Below, piece after piece: positions 1 through 5,743 of a stretch of DNA of 6,330 nucleotides. The DNA is from a virus (Duplodnaviria > Heunggongvirae > Uroviricota > Caudoviricetes): IMG/VR virus record IMGVR_UViG_2734482547_000007. One strand, given 5' to 3'. The translations under genes were made by a program, and so were the position numbers. The first letter of the stretch is position 1. Each line of letters opens with the position of its first letter. The notes under the pieces were generated by a model. That model was not told the origin of the DNA and did not search any database. It saw only the letters and a list, made by a program, of their open reading frames with translations.

Positions 1-72
1 GGGAAAAATATCATCAGATGGCTGCTTAAAAAAAGAACAAATGGTAGTGTCCGCTATTGCCAGTACACCTCA
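1..72. repeat. Left copy of a 72-bp perfect terminal inverted repeat (partner 6259..6330)
   Basis: Bases 1-72 equal the reverse complement of 6259-6330 when compared base by base; identity stops at position 73. Confidence 0.9.
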
Positions 73-271
73 TCCATCACCGAAAAAAATTGGCTTTTAC
101 ACCATTGGCGATAAAAGCATTTACCTGTATGACCTACGCCGCATGGATGAAATCATGGAGGCTCTTGATAATCGTTCGTCGATGGATTGGTGTGTTGCTG
201 TTCATGATATGAATGCAGGGTTTGATGAAAAGATTTTGTTCCCCTCATCAGTTGAAAGCACTGCGGGTTAA
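41..271 (+). CDS. Hypothetical phage protein, probably 5'-truncated (reading frame stays open upstream to the window start)
   Basis: ORF-track ORF of 76 aa; no in-frame stop between position 2 and 41; stop at 269-271 is followed by AAGGAG and the next gene start, so it sits in an operon. No family recognised. Confidence 0.4.
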   Translation: MVVSAIASTPHPSPKKIGFYTIGDKSIYLYDLRRMDEIMEALDNRSSMDWCVAVHDMNAGFDEKILFPSSVESTAG

Positions 272-281
272 GGAGTAACAC

Positions 282-449
282 ATGACCACTATTACCAAAG
301 AACGTATTGAATTGTTCATTAAAAACCCGCTTGAAAACGGGCTTACCCGTGGTGAACAAATGGAACTGGCACGGATTGCGCTGGCATCGCTGGAAGCAGA
401 GCCGGTTGTGTTCTGGTTTGAAAAATATCAAGAAGGGGCTACGGCATGA
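282..449 (+). CDS. Hypothetical small protein (55 aa), paralog of the next ORF
   Basis: ATG at 282 preceded by AAGGAG (270-275); translation [12 protein letters not shown]...[10 protein letters not shown]; its stop overlaps the next start (ATGA at 446-449). Absent from the ORF track only because it is under 60 aa. Confidence 0.5.
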   Translation: MTTITKERIELFIKNPLENGLTRGEQMELARIALASLEAEPVVFWFEKYQEGATA

Positions 450-790
450 CGACTTTTACCAGAGAGCAGTTAATAGCTCACGCAGAGGAGACTATTGAAG
501 CACAGAGACTGTGCATACCGGGCACAATCGACCATGACATCATCCGCACATATAAGATGGATATTGCTGTTCTGGAAATCGCACTGGTATCGCTGGCAGC
601 AGAGCCAGCCGGTAAATTGCATGAATACAAACCAGTGGGATATCAGCGTCTGGTCGATGAGTTAACCATGCTGGTAAAGCAGTTAACCTGGCAACTGAGG
701 AAAGCGAAGCCAGACTGCAAATTACCGGATAAGGCGATGAGTTATCTGGAGCGGAACGGACTGATAAGCGTGGAGGATATTTTACGATGA
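446..790 (+). CDS. Hypothetical protein (114 aa), paralog of the 282..449 ORF
   Basis: ORF-track ORF; GAAGG 9 nt upstream; N-terminus [12 protein letters not shown] and motif [10 protein letters not shown] parallel the upstream ORF; its stop overlaps the next ATG (ATGA at 787-790). Confidence 0.6.
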   Translation: MTTFTREQLIAHAEETIEAQRLCIPGTIDHDIIRTYKMDIAVLEIALVSLAAEPAGKLHEYKPVGYQRLVDELTMLVKQLTWQLRKAKPDCKLPDKAMSYLERNGLISVEDILR

Positions 791-870
791 CCTGGCCTGA
801 AGCATTAACAACGGTAGGAATTGCGATGGCGGTGGCGCTGGTGGTGTATTCGATTTGCCGCTGGGGATAA
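787..870 (+). CDS. Small hydrophobic peptide (27 aa), predicted single transmembrane segment
   Basis: ATG at 787 with GGAGGA about 10 nt upstream; translation [27 protein letters not shown]; start overlaps the upstream stop. Short length limits confidence. Confidence 0.4.
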   Translation: MTWPEALTTVGIAMAVALVVYSICRWG

Positions 871-876
871 AAACGG

Positions 877-905
877 TTTGCGGGAAAAGGAGAGTTAAGT
901 AGAAT
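877..905 (+). promoter_or_regulatory. Candidate promoter for the hok mRNA (-35 TTTGCG/TTGCGG, -10 TAGAAT at 900-905)
   Basis: Sigma70-like hexamers with 16-17 bp spacing, placed so the transcript would start near 912 at the tac element. Confidence 0.35.
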
Positions 906-911
906 TGCAGC

Positions 912-923
912 GGGTGCTTGAGG
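912..923 (+). promoter_or_regulatory. hok mRNA 5' element (tac-like) that can pair with the 3' fbi-like element at 1287..1299
   Basis: GGGUGCUUGAGG (912-923) pairs with CCUCAAUGCACCC (1287-1299) as 12 bp with one bulged U. Nearby, CTATCTG (924-930) pairs with CAGATAG (954-960). Confidence 0.5.
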
Positions 924-960
924 CTATCTGTCTCAGGCATGAACACCAAAAGGCAGATAG

Positions 961-1033
961 AGAAAAGCCCCAGTTAACATTACGCGTCCGGCAAGACGCT
1001 TAACATTAATCTGAGGCTCAATCTATGAACGGC
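961..1033 (-). ncRNA. sok: Candidate sok-like antisense RNA opposing the hok leader and mok start
   Basis: Minus-strand promoter-like hexamers inside the 5' end of the upstream reading frame: -35 TTGCCT (complement of 1063-1068), 17-bp spacer, -10 TAACCT (complement of 1040-1045). A GCGTC/GACGC hairpin (984-999) lies in the predicted transcript. Ends are approximate. Confidence 0.3.
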
Positions 1034-1081
1034 AAATCTAGGTTAGCCTCTTACGTGCCGAAAGGCAAGGAGAAGCAGGCT

Positions 1082-1237
1082 ATGAAGCAGCAAAAGGCGA
1101 TGTTAATCGCCCTGATCGTCATCTGTTTAACCGTCATAGTGACGGCACTGGTAACGAGGAAAGACCTCTGCGAGGTACGAATTCGAACCGGCCAGACGGA
1201 GGTCGCTGTCTTCACAGCTTACGAACCTGAGGAGTAA
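1082..1237 (+). CDS. hokD: Hok-family type I toxin (51 aa, membrane-damaging peptide), HokD/RelF-like
   Basis: Translation MKQQKAMLIALIVICLTVIVTALVTRKDLCEVRIRTGQTEVAVFTAYEPEE matches Hok-family architecture and my recollection of E. coli HokD. AAGGAG 9 nt upstream. An in-frame ATG at 1025 with GAGG SD occupies the position of mok. Confidence 0.85.
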   Translation: MKQQKAMLIALIVICLTVIVTALVTRKDLCEVRIRTGQTEVAVFTAYEPEE

Positions 1238-1286
1238 GAGACCAGGCGGGGGAGAAATCCCTCGCCACCTCTGATGGGTCAGGCAT

Positions 1287-1299
1287 CCTCAATGCACCC
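1287..1299 (+). promoter_or_regulatory. hok mRNA 3' fold-back (fbi-like) element complementary to 912..923
   Basis: See the 912..923 pairing; an 8-mer TCAGGCAT also occurs at both 933-940 and 1279-1286. Confidence 0.45.
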
Positions 1300-1305
1300 A
1301 CACTT

Positions 1306-1326
1306 AACCCGCTTCGGCGGGTTTTT
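1306..1326 (+). terminator. Rho-independent terminator ending the hok transcript
   Basis: Stem CCCGC/GCGGG with a TTCG loop (1308-1321) followed by TTTTT. Confidence 0.7.
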
Positions 1327-1345
1327 GTTTTTATTTTCAACGCGT

Positions 1346-1375
1346 TTGAAGTTTTAGATGGTGCCGGAATAGAAT
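1346..1375 (+). promoter_or_regulatory. Candidate promoter (-35 TTGAAG, 18-bp spacer, -10 TAGAAT) upstream of the 1458 ORF
   Basis: Hexamer match only; the same -10 hexamer TAGAAT occurs in the hok promoter candidate. Confidence 0.25.
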
Positions 1376-1457
1376 CAAAAATACTTAAGTAGCGCGCAGG
1401 GAGAAGAGGGATGGACCCCGAACAGGGGAGTGCTATTTATCTGGAAGGATTCTGTTG

Positions 1458-1739
1458 ATGAAAATCGAAGAATTACGTGAAATTTTTAGTGAAGATGGCC
1501 TCTATACTGTGCGCGTTGAGAATGGCGCTATTGTCAGCCACTGCCTTCCAGACTACACAATTCTGATAATTCAGCCGTCTTTGCCAGCAGGCACGGGCGG
1601 CGCTCTCACGCATTTAAATCTGATTGGTACCAGCATCCCCCATGCACTGAAGAACAGGCCGAATGGCTCATTCAGTGTTACCGCAGGCGCGGATGCGAGG
1701 TTAAAAAAGCCCTTAGCCTCGACTACCGTCACTGGATAA
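1458..1739 (+). CDS. Hypothetical small protein; by position (hok - this ORF - DUF968) possibly Rem-like
   Basis: ATG at 1458 with GGAAGGA 8 nt upstream (the ORF track starts at TTG 1455). The C-terminal half is low-complexity, and an alternative frame stays open from 1520 to 1813, so the true extent is uncertain. Confidence 0.45.
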   Translation: MKIEELREIFSEDGLYTVRVENGAIVSHCLPDYTILIIQPSLPAGTGGALTHLNLIGTSIPHALKNRPNGSFSVTAGADARLKKPLASTTVTG

Positions 1740-1814
1740 TCTCCGTCAGGCTCCCTTACTCCGAACGGCCAACGCGTCCGTCCCGCACATTCCAGCAACG
1801 GATCTGGAGGTAAT

Positions 1815-2873
1815 GTGCGGGTATTACTTCGACCTGTTCTGGTACCGGAACTCGGTCTGGTTATCGTTAAGCCAGGCCGTGAATCAATGTCAGCATTCCA
1901 TAACGGCAGAATACTGGTGGAGCCGGAACCAAAAAGCATGCGTAATCTGCCGTCCGGGGTCGTTCCTGCCGCTCGCCAGCCGCTGGTGGAAGACAAAACA
2001 TTGCTGCCGTTTTTCAGTAACGCACGGGTGATTCGTGCTGCTGGTGGTGCTGGTGCATTGTCTGACTGGCTGTTGCGCCATATTAAATCCTGCCAGTGGC
2101 CACACGGCGATTATCATCACAGCGAAACCGTCATTCACCGTTATGGTACCGGCGCAATGGTGTTGTGCTGGCACTGCGACAACCAGCTGCGTGACCAGAC
2201 ATCCGAATCACTCGAGCAACTTGCTCATCAAAACCTGTCAGCATGGATGATTGACGTCATCGGTCACGCAATAAGCGGTACGCAGGAGCGTGAATTATCT
2301 CTGGCTGAATTATCCTGGTGGGCGGTCCGCAATCAGGTGGCGGACGCGCTACCGGAAGCGGTATTACGTCGTTCGCTGGGGTTGCGTGCGGAAAAAATTC
2401 GCTCTGTGTACAGTGAAAGCGACATCATACCGGGAGAGCAGACAGCCACCAGCATACTGAAGCAGCGCACAAAAAATATTGCGTTACTGCCTCACGTCCA
2501 CCAGCAACAGAACCCACCACAGGAAAAGACGGTGGTCAGCATTGCCGTTGATCCGGAGTCACCGGCTCAGTATCTCCAGCGCCAGAAATCACAACGGGAA
2601 GAGATGCCTGTATACACGCGCTGGGTAAAAACGCAGAAATGCATGACGTGTGGCAATCAGGCAGATGATCCGCATCACATCATTGGTCATGGACTGGGAG
2701 GGATGGGAACAAAGGCTGATGATTTGTTTGTTATTCCGTTATGCCGTAAATGCCGTAACGAACTACATGCCGGAGTAAAAGATTTTGAAGAGAAACACGG
2801 CAGTCAGCTGTTGTTGCTGATTCGTTTTTTAATGCACGCGAGAAATTCGGGTGTTCTGAAGTGGAAAGCATAA
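1815..2873 (+). CDS. ydfU: DUF968-family prophage protein (YdfU-like) with an HNH/zinc-finger-like C-terminus
   Basis: 352-aa ORF; C-terminal CMTCGNQADDPHHIIGHGLGG...CRKCRNELH carries Cys and His pairs typical of HNH-like folds. GTG start with GGAGG 4 nt upstream; stop abuts the rusA start. Confidence 0.75.
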   Translation: MRVLLRPVLVPELGLVIVKPGRESMSAFHNGRILVEPEPKSMRNLPSGVVPAARQPLVEDKTLLPFFSNARVIRAAGGAGALSDWLLRHIKSCQWPHGDYHHSETVIHRYGTGAMVLCWHCDNQLRDQTSESLEQLAHQNLSAWMIDVIGHAISGTQERELSLAELSWWAVRNQVADALPEAVLRRSLGLRAEKIRSVYSESDIIPGEQTATSILKQRTKNIALLPHVHQQQNPPQEKTVVSIAVDPESPAQYLQRQKSQREEMPVYTRWVKTQKCMTCGNQADDPHHIIGHGLGGMGTKADDLFVIPLCRKCRNELHAGVKDFEEKHGSQLLLLIRFLMHARNSGVLKWKA

Positions 2874-3254
2874 ATGACCGAGCGCATAGAATTTGTTTTA
2901 CCTTACCCGCCGACGGTGAACACTTACTGGCGTCGTCGTGGCAGCACATATTTTGTATCAAAAGCCGGGGAGCGTTATCGCCGGGCAGTGGCGCTTATTG
3001 TTCGCCAGCAGCGGCTGAAATTAAGCCTGTCCGGAAGGTTGGCAATAAAAATTATTGCAGAACCACCGGATAAGCGCCGCCGTGACCTGGACAATATTCT
3101 GAAAGCGCCGCTGGATGCGCTGACGCATGCGGGGTTGCTAATGGACGATGAGCAGTTTGATGAAATCAATATCGTTCGTGCTCAGCCAGTATCTGGTGGA
3201 CGTCTGGGGGTGAAGATTTATCCCATAATGCTTGAAGGGCAGGTCAAAAAATGA
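2874..3254 (+). CDS. rusA: RusA-family Holliday junction resolvase
   Basis: 126 aa; motif PDKRRRDLDN...DALTHAGLLMDDEQ...GGRLGVKI matches the acidic catalytic cluster and overall pattern of E. coli RusA as I recall it; 4-bp overlap with the next gene. Confidence 0.85.
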   Translation: MTERIEFVLPYPPTVNTYWRRRGSTYFVSKAGERYRRAVALIVRQQRLKLSLSGRLAIKIIAEPPDKRRRDLDNILKAPLDALTHAGLLMDDEQFDEINIVRAQPVSGGRLGVKIYPIMLEGQVKK

Positions 3255-4072
3255 AACTGGAAGATTTACCGAAATACTACTCCCCAAAATCCCCCGGCCT
3301 GACTGATGCATCGGCCTCAACGTCGAAAGATGCGCTGAGTATCACTGATGTGATGGCCGCGCAGGGCATGACACAGAATCGGGCTGAGATGGGGGTTTCT
3401 GCGTTCCTTGGGAAAATGGGCATTAGTATGAATGACAGAGAGCGGGCAACAGAATTGCTGACAGAATATGCACTCAGTCGGTGTGATCGCGTGGCGGCGT
3501 TAAGAAAACTCCCGGCAGAAATAAAACCGGCAGTGATGCGTATTATGGCTTCGTATGCGTTTGAAGATTATGCCCGTAGCGCGGCGAGCAAAAAACAGTG
3601 CCCCTGCTGTCACGGAAAAAAATTTATTGAAAGCGAGGTTTTTACAAACAAGATCCAGTATCCGGATGGTAAGCCGCCGGTATGGGCAAAGTGTACGAAA
3701 GGTGTGTATCCGTCTTACTGGGAAGAATGGAAAAAAGTCAGGGAGGTGGTAAAAGTTGCCTGTCCGGAGTGTGGCGGAAAGGGTGAGGTTTCCACCGCCT
3801 GTAAGGATTGCCGTGGGCGTGGTGTCGCCATTCATCGTGAAGAGTCGGTAAAACGTGGTATGCCTGTTATCAGAGACTGCCAGCGTTGTGGTGGTCGTGG
3901 CTATGAAAGACTACCATCAACGGAGGCATTTAATGCTATATGCGAGGTGACAAACCAGATAACACGCGCGTCATGGGAAAAAACAGTTAAGAAATTTTAT
4001 GATGCGCTGGTGACCCGGTTTGATATTGAAGAAGCATGGGCTGAGCGGCAGTTAAAAAAGGTAACTAGGTAA
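3251..4072 (+). CDS. Q: Late-gene antiterminator Q (lambda-Q-like) with an expanded cysteine-rich zinc-binding region
   Basis: Blocks resembling lambda Q: YYSPKSP, TDVMAAQGM, ASYAFEDYARSAA, CQRCGGRGYERLP, SWEKTVKKFYDALV, C-terminal KKVTR. Four CxxCxG(xG) motifs. Followed directly by a lambda-like pR'. Confidence 0.85.
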   Translation: MKLEDLPKYYSPKSPGLTDASASTSKDALSITDVMAAQGMTQNRAEMGVSAFLGKMGISMNDRERATELLTEYALSRCDRVAALRKLPAEIKPAVMRIMASYAFEDYARSAASKKQCPCCHGKKFIESEVFTNKIQYPDGKPPVWAKCTKGVYPSYWEEWKKVREVVKVACPECGGKGEVSTACKDCRGRGVAIHREESVKRGMPVIRDCQRCGGRGYERLPSTEAFNAICEVTNQITRASWEKTVKKFYDALVTRFDIEEAWAERQLKKVTR

Positions 4073-4077
4073 CAAGG

Positions 4078-4117
4078 TTGATTTTTCCGGAATCTGTGGT
4101 AAATTCGTCATAACGAT
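4078..4117 (+). promoter_or_regulatory. Late promoter pR' with extended -10 and sigma-dependent pause element (Q-loading region)
   Basis: -35 TTGATT (4078-4083), 16-bp spacer, TGg-TAAATT (4097-4105), then AACGATGGG (4112-4120) placed 6 nt after the -10, as in lambda pR' as I recall it. Confidence 0.7.
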
Positions 4118-4152
4118 GGGCGTTTTATGCCTGACGTTAGAAGAGTTTCTAC

Positions 4153-4176
4153 AACCCGCCGCCGAGCGGGTTTTTT
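4153..4176 (+). terminator. tR'-like rho-independent terminator
   Basis: Stem AACCCGC/GCGGGTT with loop CGCCGA, then TTTTTT; about 65 nt downstream of the pR' start. Confidence 0.7.
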
Positions 4177-4296
4177 ATGACTGAAATCGCGTCAGTACAG
4201 TAAACGCGCTGGTGGCGGTGAATACCTGTCTTTCAGCTTGCTGGCTTTTTCGACAAGAGTTATTGGTGTGTCACGTTAACCGGAAAAGGAAAAGAC

Positions 4297-4494
4297 ATGC
4301 TAAAACAGCAGGATATGACAGAAACCGCCAGAGTGGTGTTTAATGAATTAAGCGTTACCGAACCGGCGACAGTCGGGGAGATAGCGCAGAATACTTACCT
4401 TTCACGCGAACGCTGCCAGTTAATACTGACCCAGCTGGTTATGGCGGGTCTGGCAGACTATCAGTTCGGTTGTTACAGACGCCTTCCGCAGTGA
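4297..4494 (+). CDS. Small putative winged-helix/HTH DNA-binding protein (65 aa)
   Basis: ORF with AAGGA SD 8-9 nt upstream; segment TVGEIAQNTYLSRERCQLILTQLVMAGL looks like a helix-turn-helix. No family assigned. Confidence 0.5.
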   Translation: MLKQQDMTETARVVFNELSVTEPATVGEIAQNTYLSRERCQLILTQLVMAGLADYQFGCYRRLPQ

Positions 4495-4508
4495 AGGCTT
4501 TTTTATTT
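4481..4508 (+). terminator. Rho-independent terminator overlapping the stop of the 4297..4494 ORF
   Basis: Stem GCCTTC/GAAGGC with loop CGCAGT, followed by TTTTTTATTT. Confidence 0.7.
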
Positions 4509-4521
4509 GTGGTAAATGGGC

Positions 4522-4552
4522 GGCTGGTGGGTGTTAGGGGCACCCACCAGCC
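4522..4552. repeat. Perfect 12-bp inverted repeat (hairpin GGCTGGTGGGTG / CACCCACCAGCC, 7-nt loop)
   Basis: Verified base by base; no T-tract follows, so it is not a canonical terminator. Confidence 0.8.
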
Positions 4553-4593
4553 ATCTGCTCATGCGTTGGGTTCACAAGCAAACCTCAGGCCCA

Positions 4594-4612
4594 CTGCTTT
4601 GCGCAAAAGCAG
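4594..4612. promoter_or_regulatory. Near-palindromic site CTGCTTTGCGCAAAAGCAG upstream of the methyltransferase (candidate operator)
   Basis: Near-perfect dyad symmetry about 35 bp upstream of the methyltransferase start; function is inferred only from position. Confidence 0.25.
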
Positions 4613-4644
4613 AATGAGCCTATCAGAGACAGGCTTAATGATCC

Positions 4645-5703
4645 ATGCTTAATACTGTAAAAATATCCAGTTGTGAGTTAATCAACGCCGACTGCCTGGA
4701 ATTTATCCGGTCGTTACCCGAAAATTCTGTTGACCTGATAGTCACGGACCCGCCGTACTTTAAAGTGAAGCCTGAGGGCTGGGATAACCAGTGGAAGGGC
4801 GACGATGATTACCTGAAGTGGCTGGACCAGTGTCTGGCGCAGTTCTGGCGGGTGCTGAAACCTGCCGGAAGTCTTTACCTGTTCTGTGGTCATCGCCTGG
4901 CATCTGATATCGAAATCATGATGCGTGAACGCTTCAGTGTGCTGAACCATATTATCTGGGCGAAGCCGTCCGGACGCTGGAACGGATGCAACAAGGAAAG
5001 CCTGCGGGCGTATTTCCCCGCCACAGAGCGCATTCTGTTCGCGGAACATTATCAGGGGCCGTATCGTCCGAAAGATGCCGGGTATGCGGCGAAGGGCAGT
5101 GCACTGAAACAGCATGTGATGGCCCCGCTGATTTCTTACTTTCGTGATGCGCGAGCTGCCCTGGGGATAACGGCAAAACAGATTGCAGATGCCACAGGAA
5201 AGAAAAACATGGTGTCGCACTGGTTCAGTGCCGGTCAGTGGCAGTTGCCGAATGAAAGCGATTATCTGAAATTACAGGCGCTGTTTGCCCGGGTGGCAGA
5301 AGAGAAGCATCGGCGTGGTGAACTGGAAAAGCTCCACCACCAGCTGGTGGATACGTATACCTCACTGAACCGGCAGTATGCGGAGCTGCTGAGTGAATAT
5401 AAACATCTGCGGCGGTATTTTGGCGTGACGGTGCAGGTGCCGTATACCGATGTGTGGACGCATAAACCGGTGCAGTTCTATCCCGGGAAACATCCGTGCG
5501 AAAAACCGGCAGAAATGCTGCAGCAGATAATCAGCGCTAGCAGTCGTCCGGGTGACCTGATTGCAGATTTTTTCATGGGGTTGGGTTCGACAGTGAAAGC
5601 GGCACTGGCGCTCGGGCGTCGTGCAATTGGCGTTGAGCTGGAGACTGAACGTTTTGAGCAGACGGTTCGGGAAGTACAGGATTTAGTCAGCCAGAACGGA
5701 TGA
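4645..5703 (+). CDS. DNA methyltransferase (N6-adenine or N4-cytosine, DPPY motif N-terminal, FxGxG motif C-terminal), apparently orphan
   Basis: 352 aa; DLIVTDPPYF near the N-terminus and DLIADFFMGLGST near the C-terminus. No restriction endonuclease partner is visible in the window. Confidence 0.85.
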   Translation: MLNTVKISSCELINADCLEFIRSLPENSVDLIVTDPPYFKVKPEGWDNQWKGDDDYLKWLDQCLAQFWRVLKPAGSLYLFCGHRLASDIEIMMRERFSVLNHIIWAKPSGRWNGCNKESLRAYFPATERILFAEHYQGPYRPKDAGYAAKGSALKQHVMAPLISYFRDARAALGITAKQIADATGKKNMVSHWFSAGQWQLPNESDYLKLQALFARVAEEKHRRGELEKLHHQLVDTYTSLNRQYAELLSEYKHLRRYFGVTVQVPYTDVWTHKPVQFYPGKHPCEKPAEMLQQIISASSRPGDLIADFFMGLGSTVKAALALGRRAIGVELETERFEQTVREVQDLVSQNG

Positions 5704-5743
5704 TATTGAAGAATTAATTACGCGTCGTTATTATGCGGCTCCC

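Noticed and set aside
153-431. Minus-strand ORF of 92 aa
   Set aside because: Antisense to two well-supported plus-strand genes with SD sequences; composition is not protein-like.
307-498. Plus-strand ORF of 63 aa in an alternative frame
   Set aside because: Overlaps the two coupled paralogs out of frame; no SD; basic low-complexity translation.
1025-1237. 70-aa ORF as an independent gene
   Set aside because: It is the hok frame extended upstream to the mok-position ATG; treated as part of the hok locus rather than a separate protein gene.
1520-1813. Alternative-frame open reading frame ending just before the DUF968 start
   Set aside because: Contains no ATG, GTG or TTG codon; kept only as a frame-ambiguity finding, not called as a gene.
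1571-1996. Minus-strand ORF of 141 aa
   Set aside because: Antisense to the rem-like/DUF968 region; Arg/Gly/Thr-rich low-complexity translation typical of a spurious antisense ORF.
1813-2031. 72-aa ORF from ATG 1813, out of frame with DUF968
   Set aside because: Lies entirely within the better-supported 352-aa DUF968 gene; only 2 nt between the SD and the ATG.
1890-2174. Minus-strand ORF (94 aa) and plus-strand ORF 2035..2250 (71 aa)
   Set aside because: Both lie inside the DUF968 gene in other frames or on the opposite strand, with no start signals.
2731-3169. Minus-strand ORFs 2731..2961 and 2975..3169 and plus-strand ORF 2861..3073
   Set aside because: Overlap the DUF968 and rusA genes; no RBS; inconsistent with the single-strand operon organisation.
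3138-3835. Minus-strand ORFs 3138..3320 and 3500..3835 and plus-strand ORF 3555..3752
   Set aside because: Antisense or out of frame within the Q gene, whose identity is supported by similarity to lambda Q.
4238-4266. Possible promoter (-35 TTGCTG, -10 TATTGG) for the wHTH ORF
   Set aside because: Poor -10 hexamer; the ORF can be served by antiterminated readthrough from pR', so not called.
4470-4652. 60-aa plus-strand ORF spanning the terminator and hairpin region
   Set aside because: Runs through an intrinsic terminator and the 12-bp hairpin; no SD; more likely structured non-coding leader.
4714-5220. Minus-strand ORFs 4714..5220 and 4952..5176
   Set aside because: Antisense to the methyltransferase gene, which has clear catalytic motifs.
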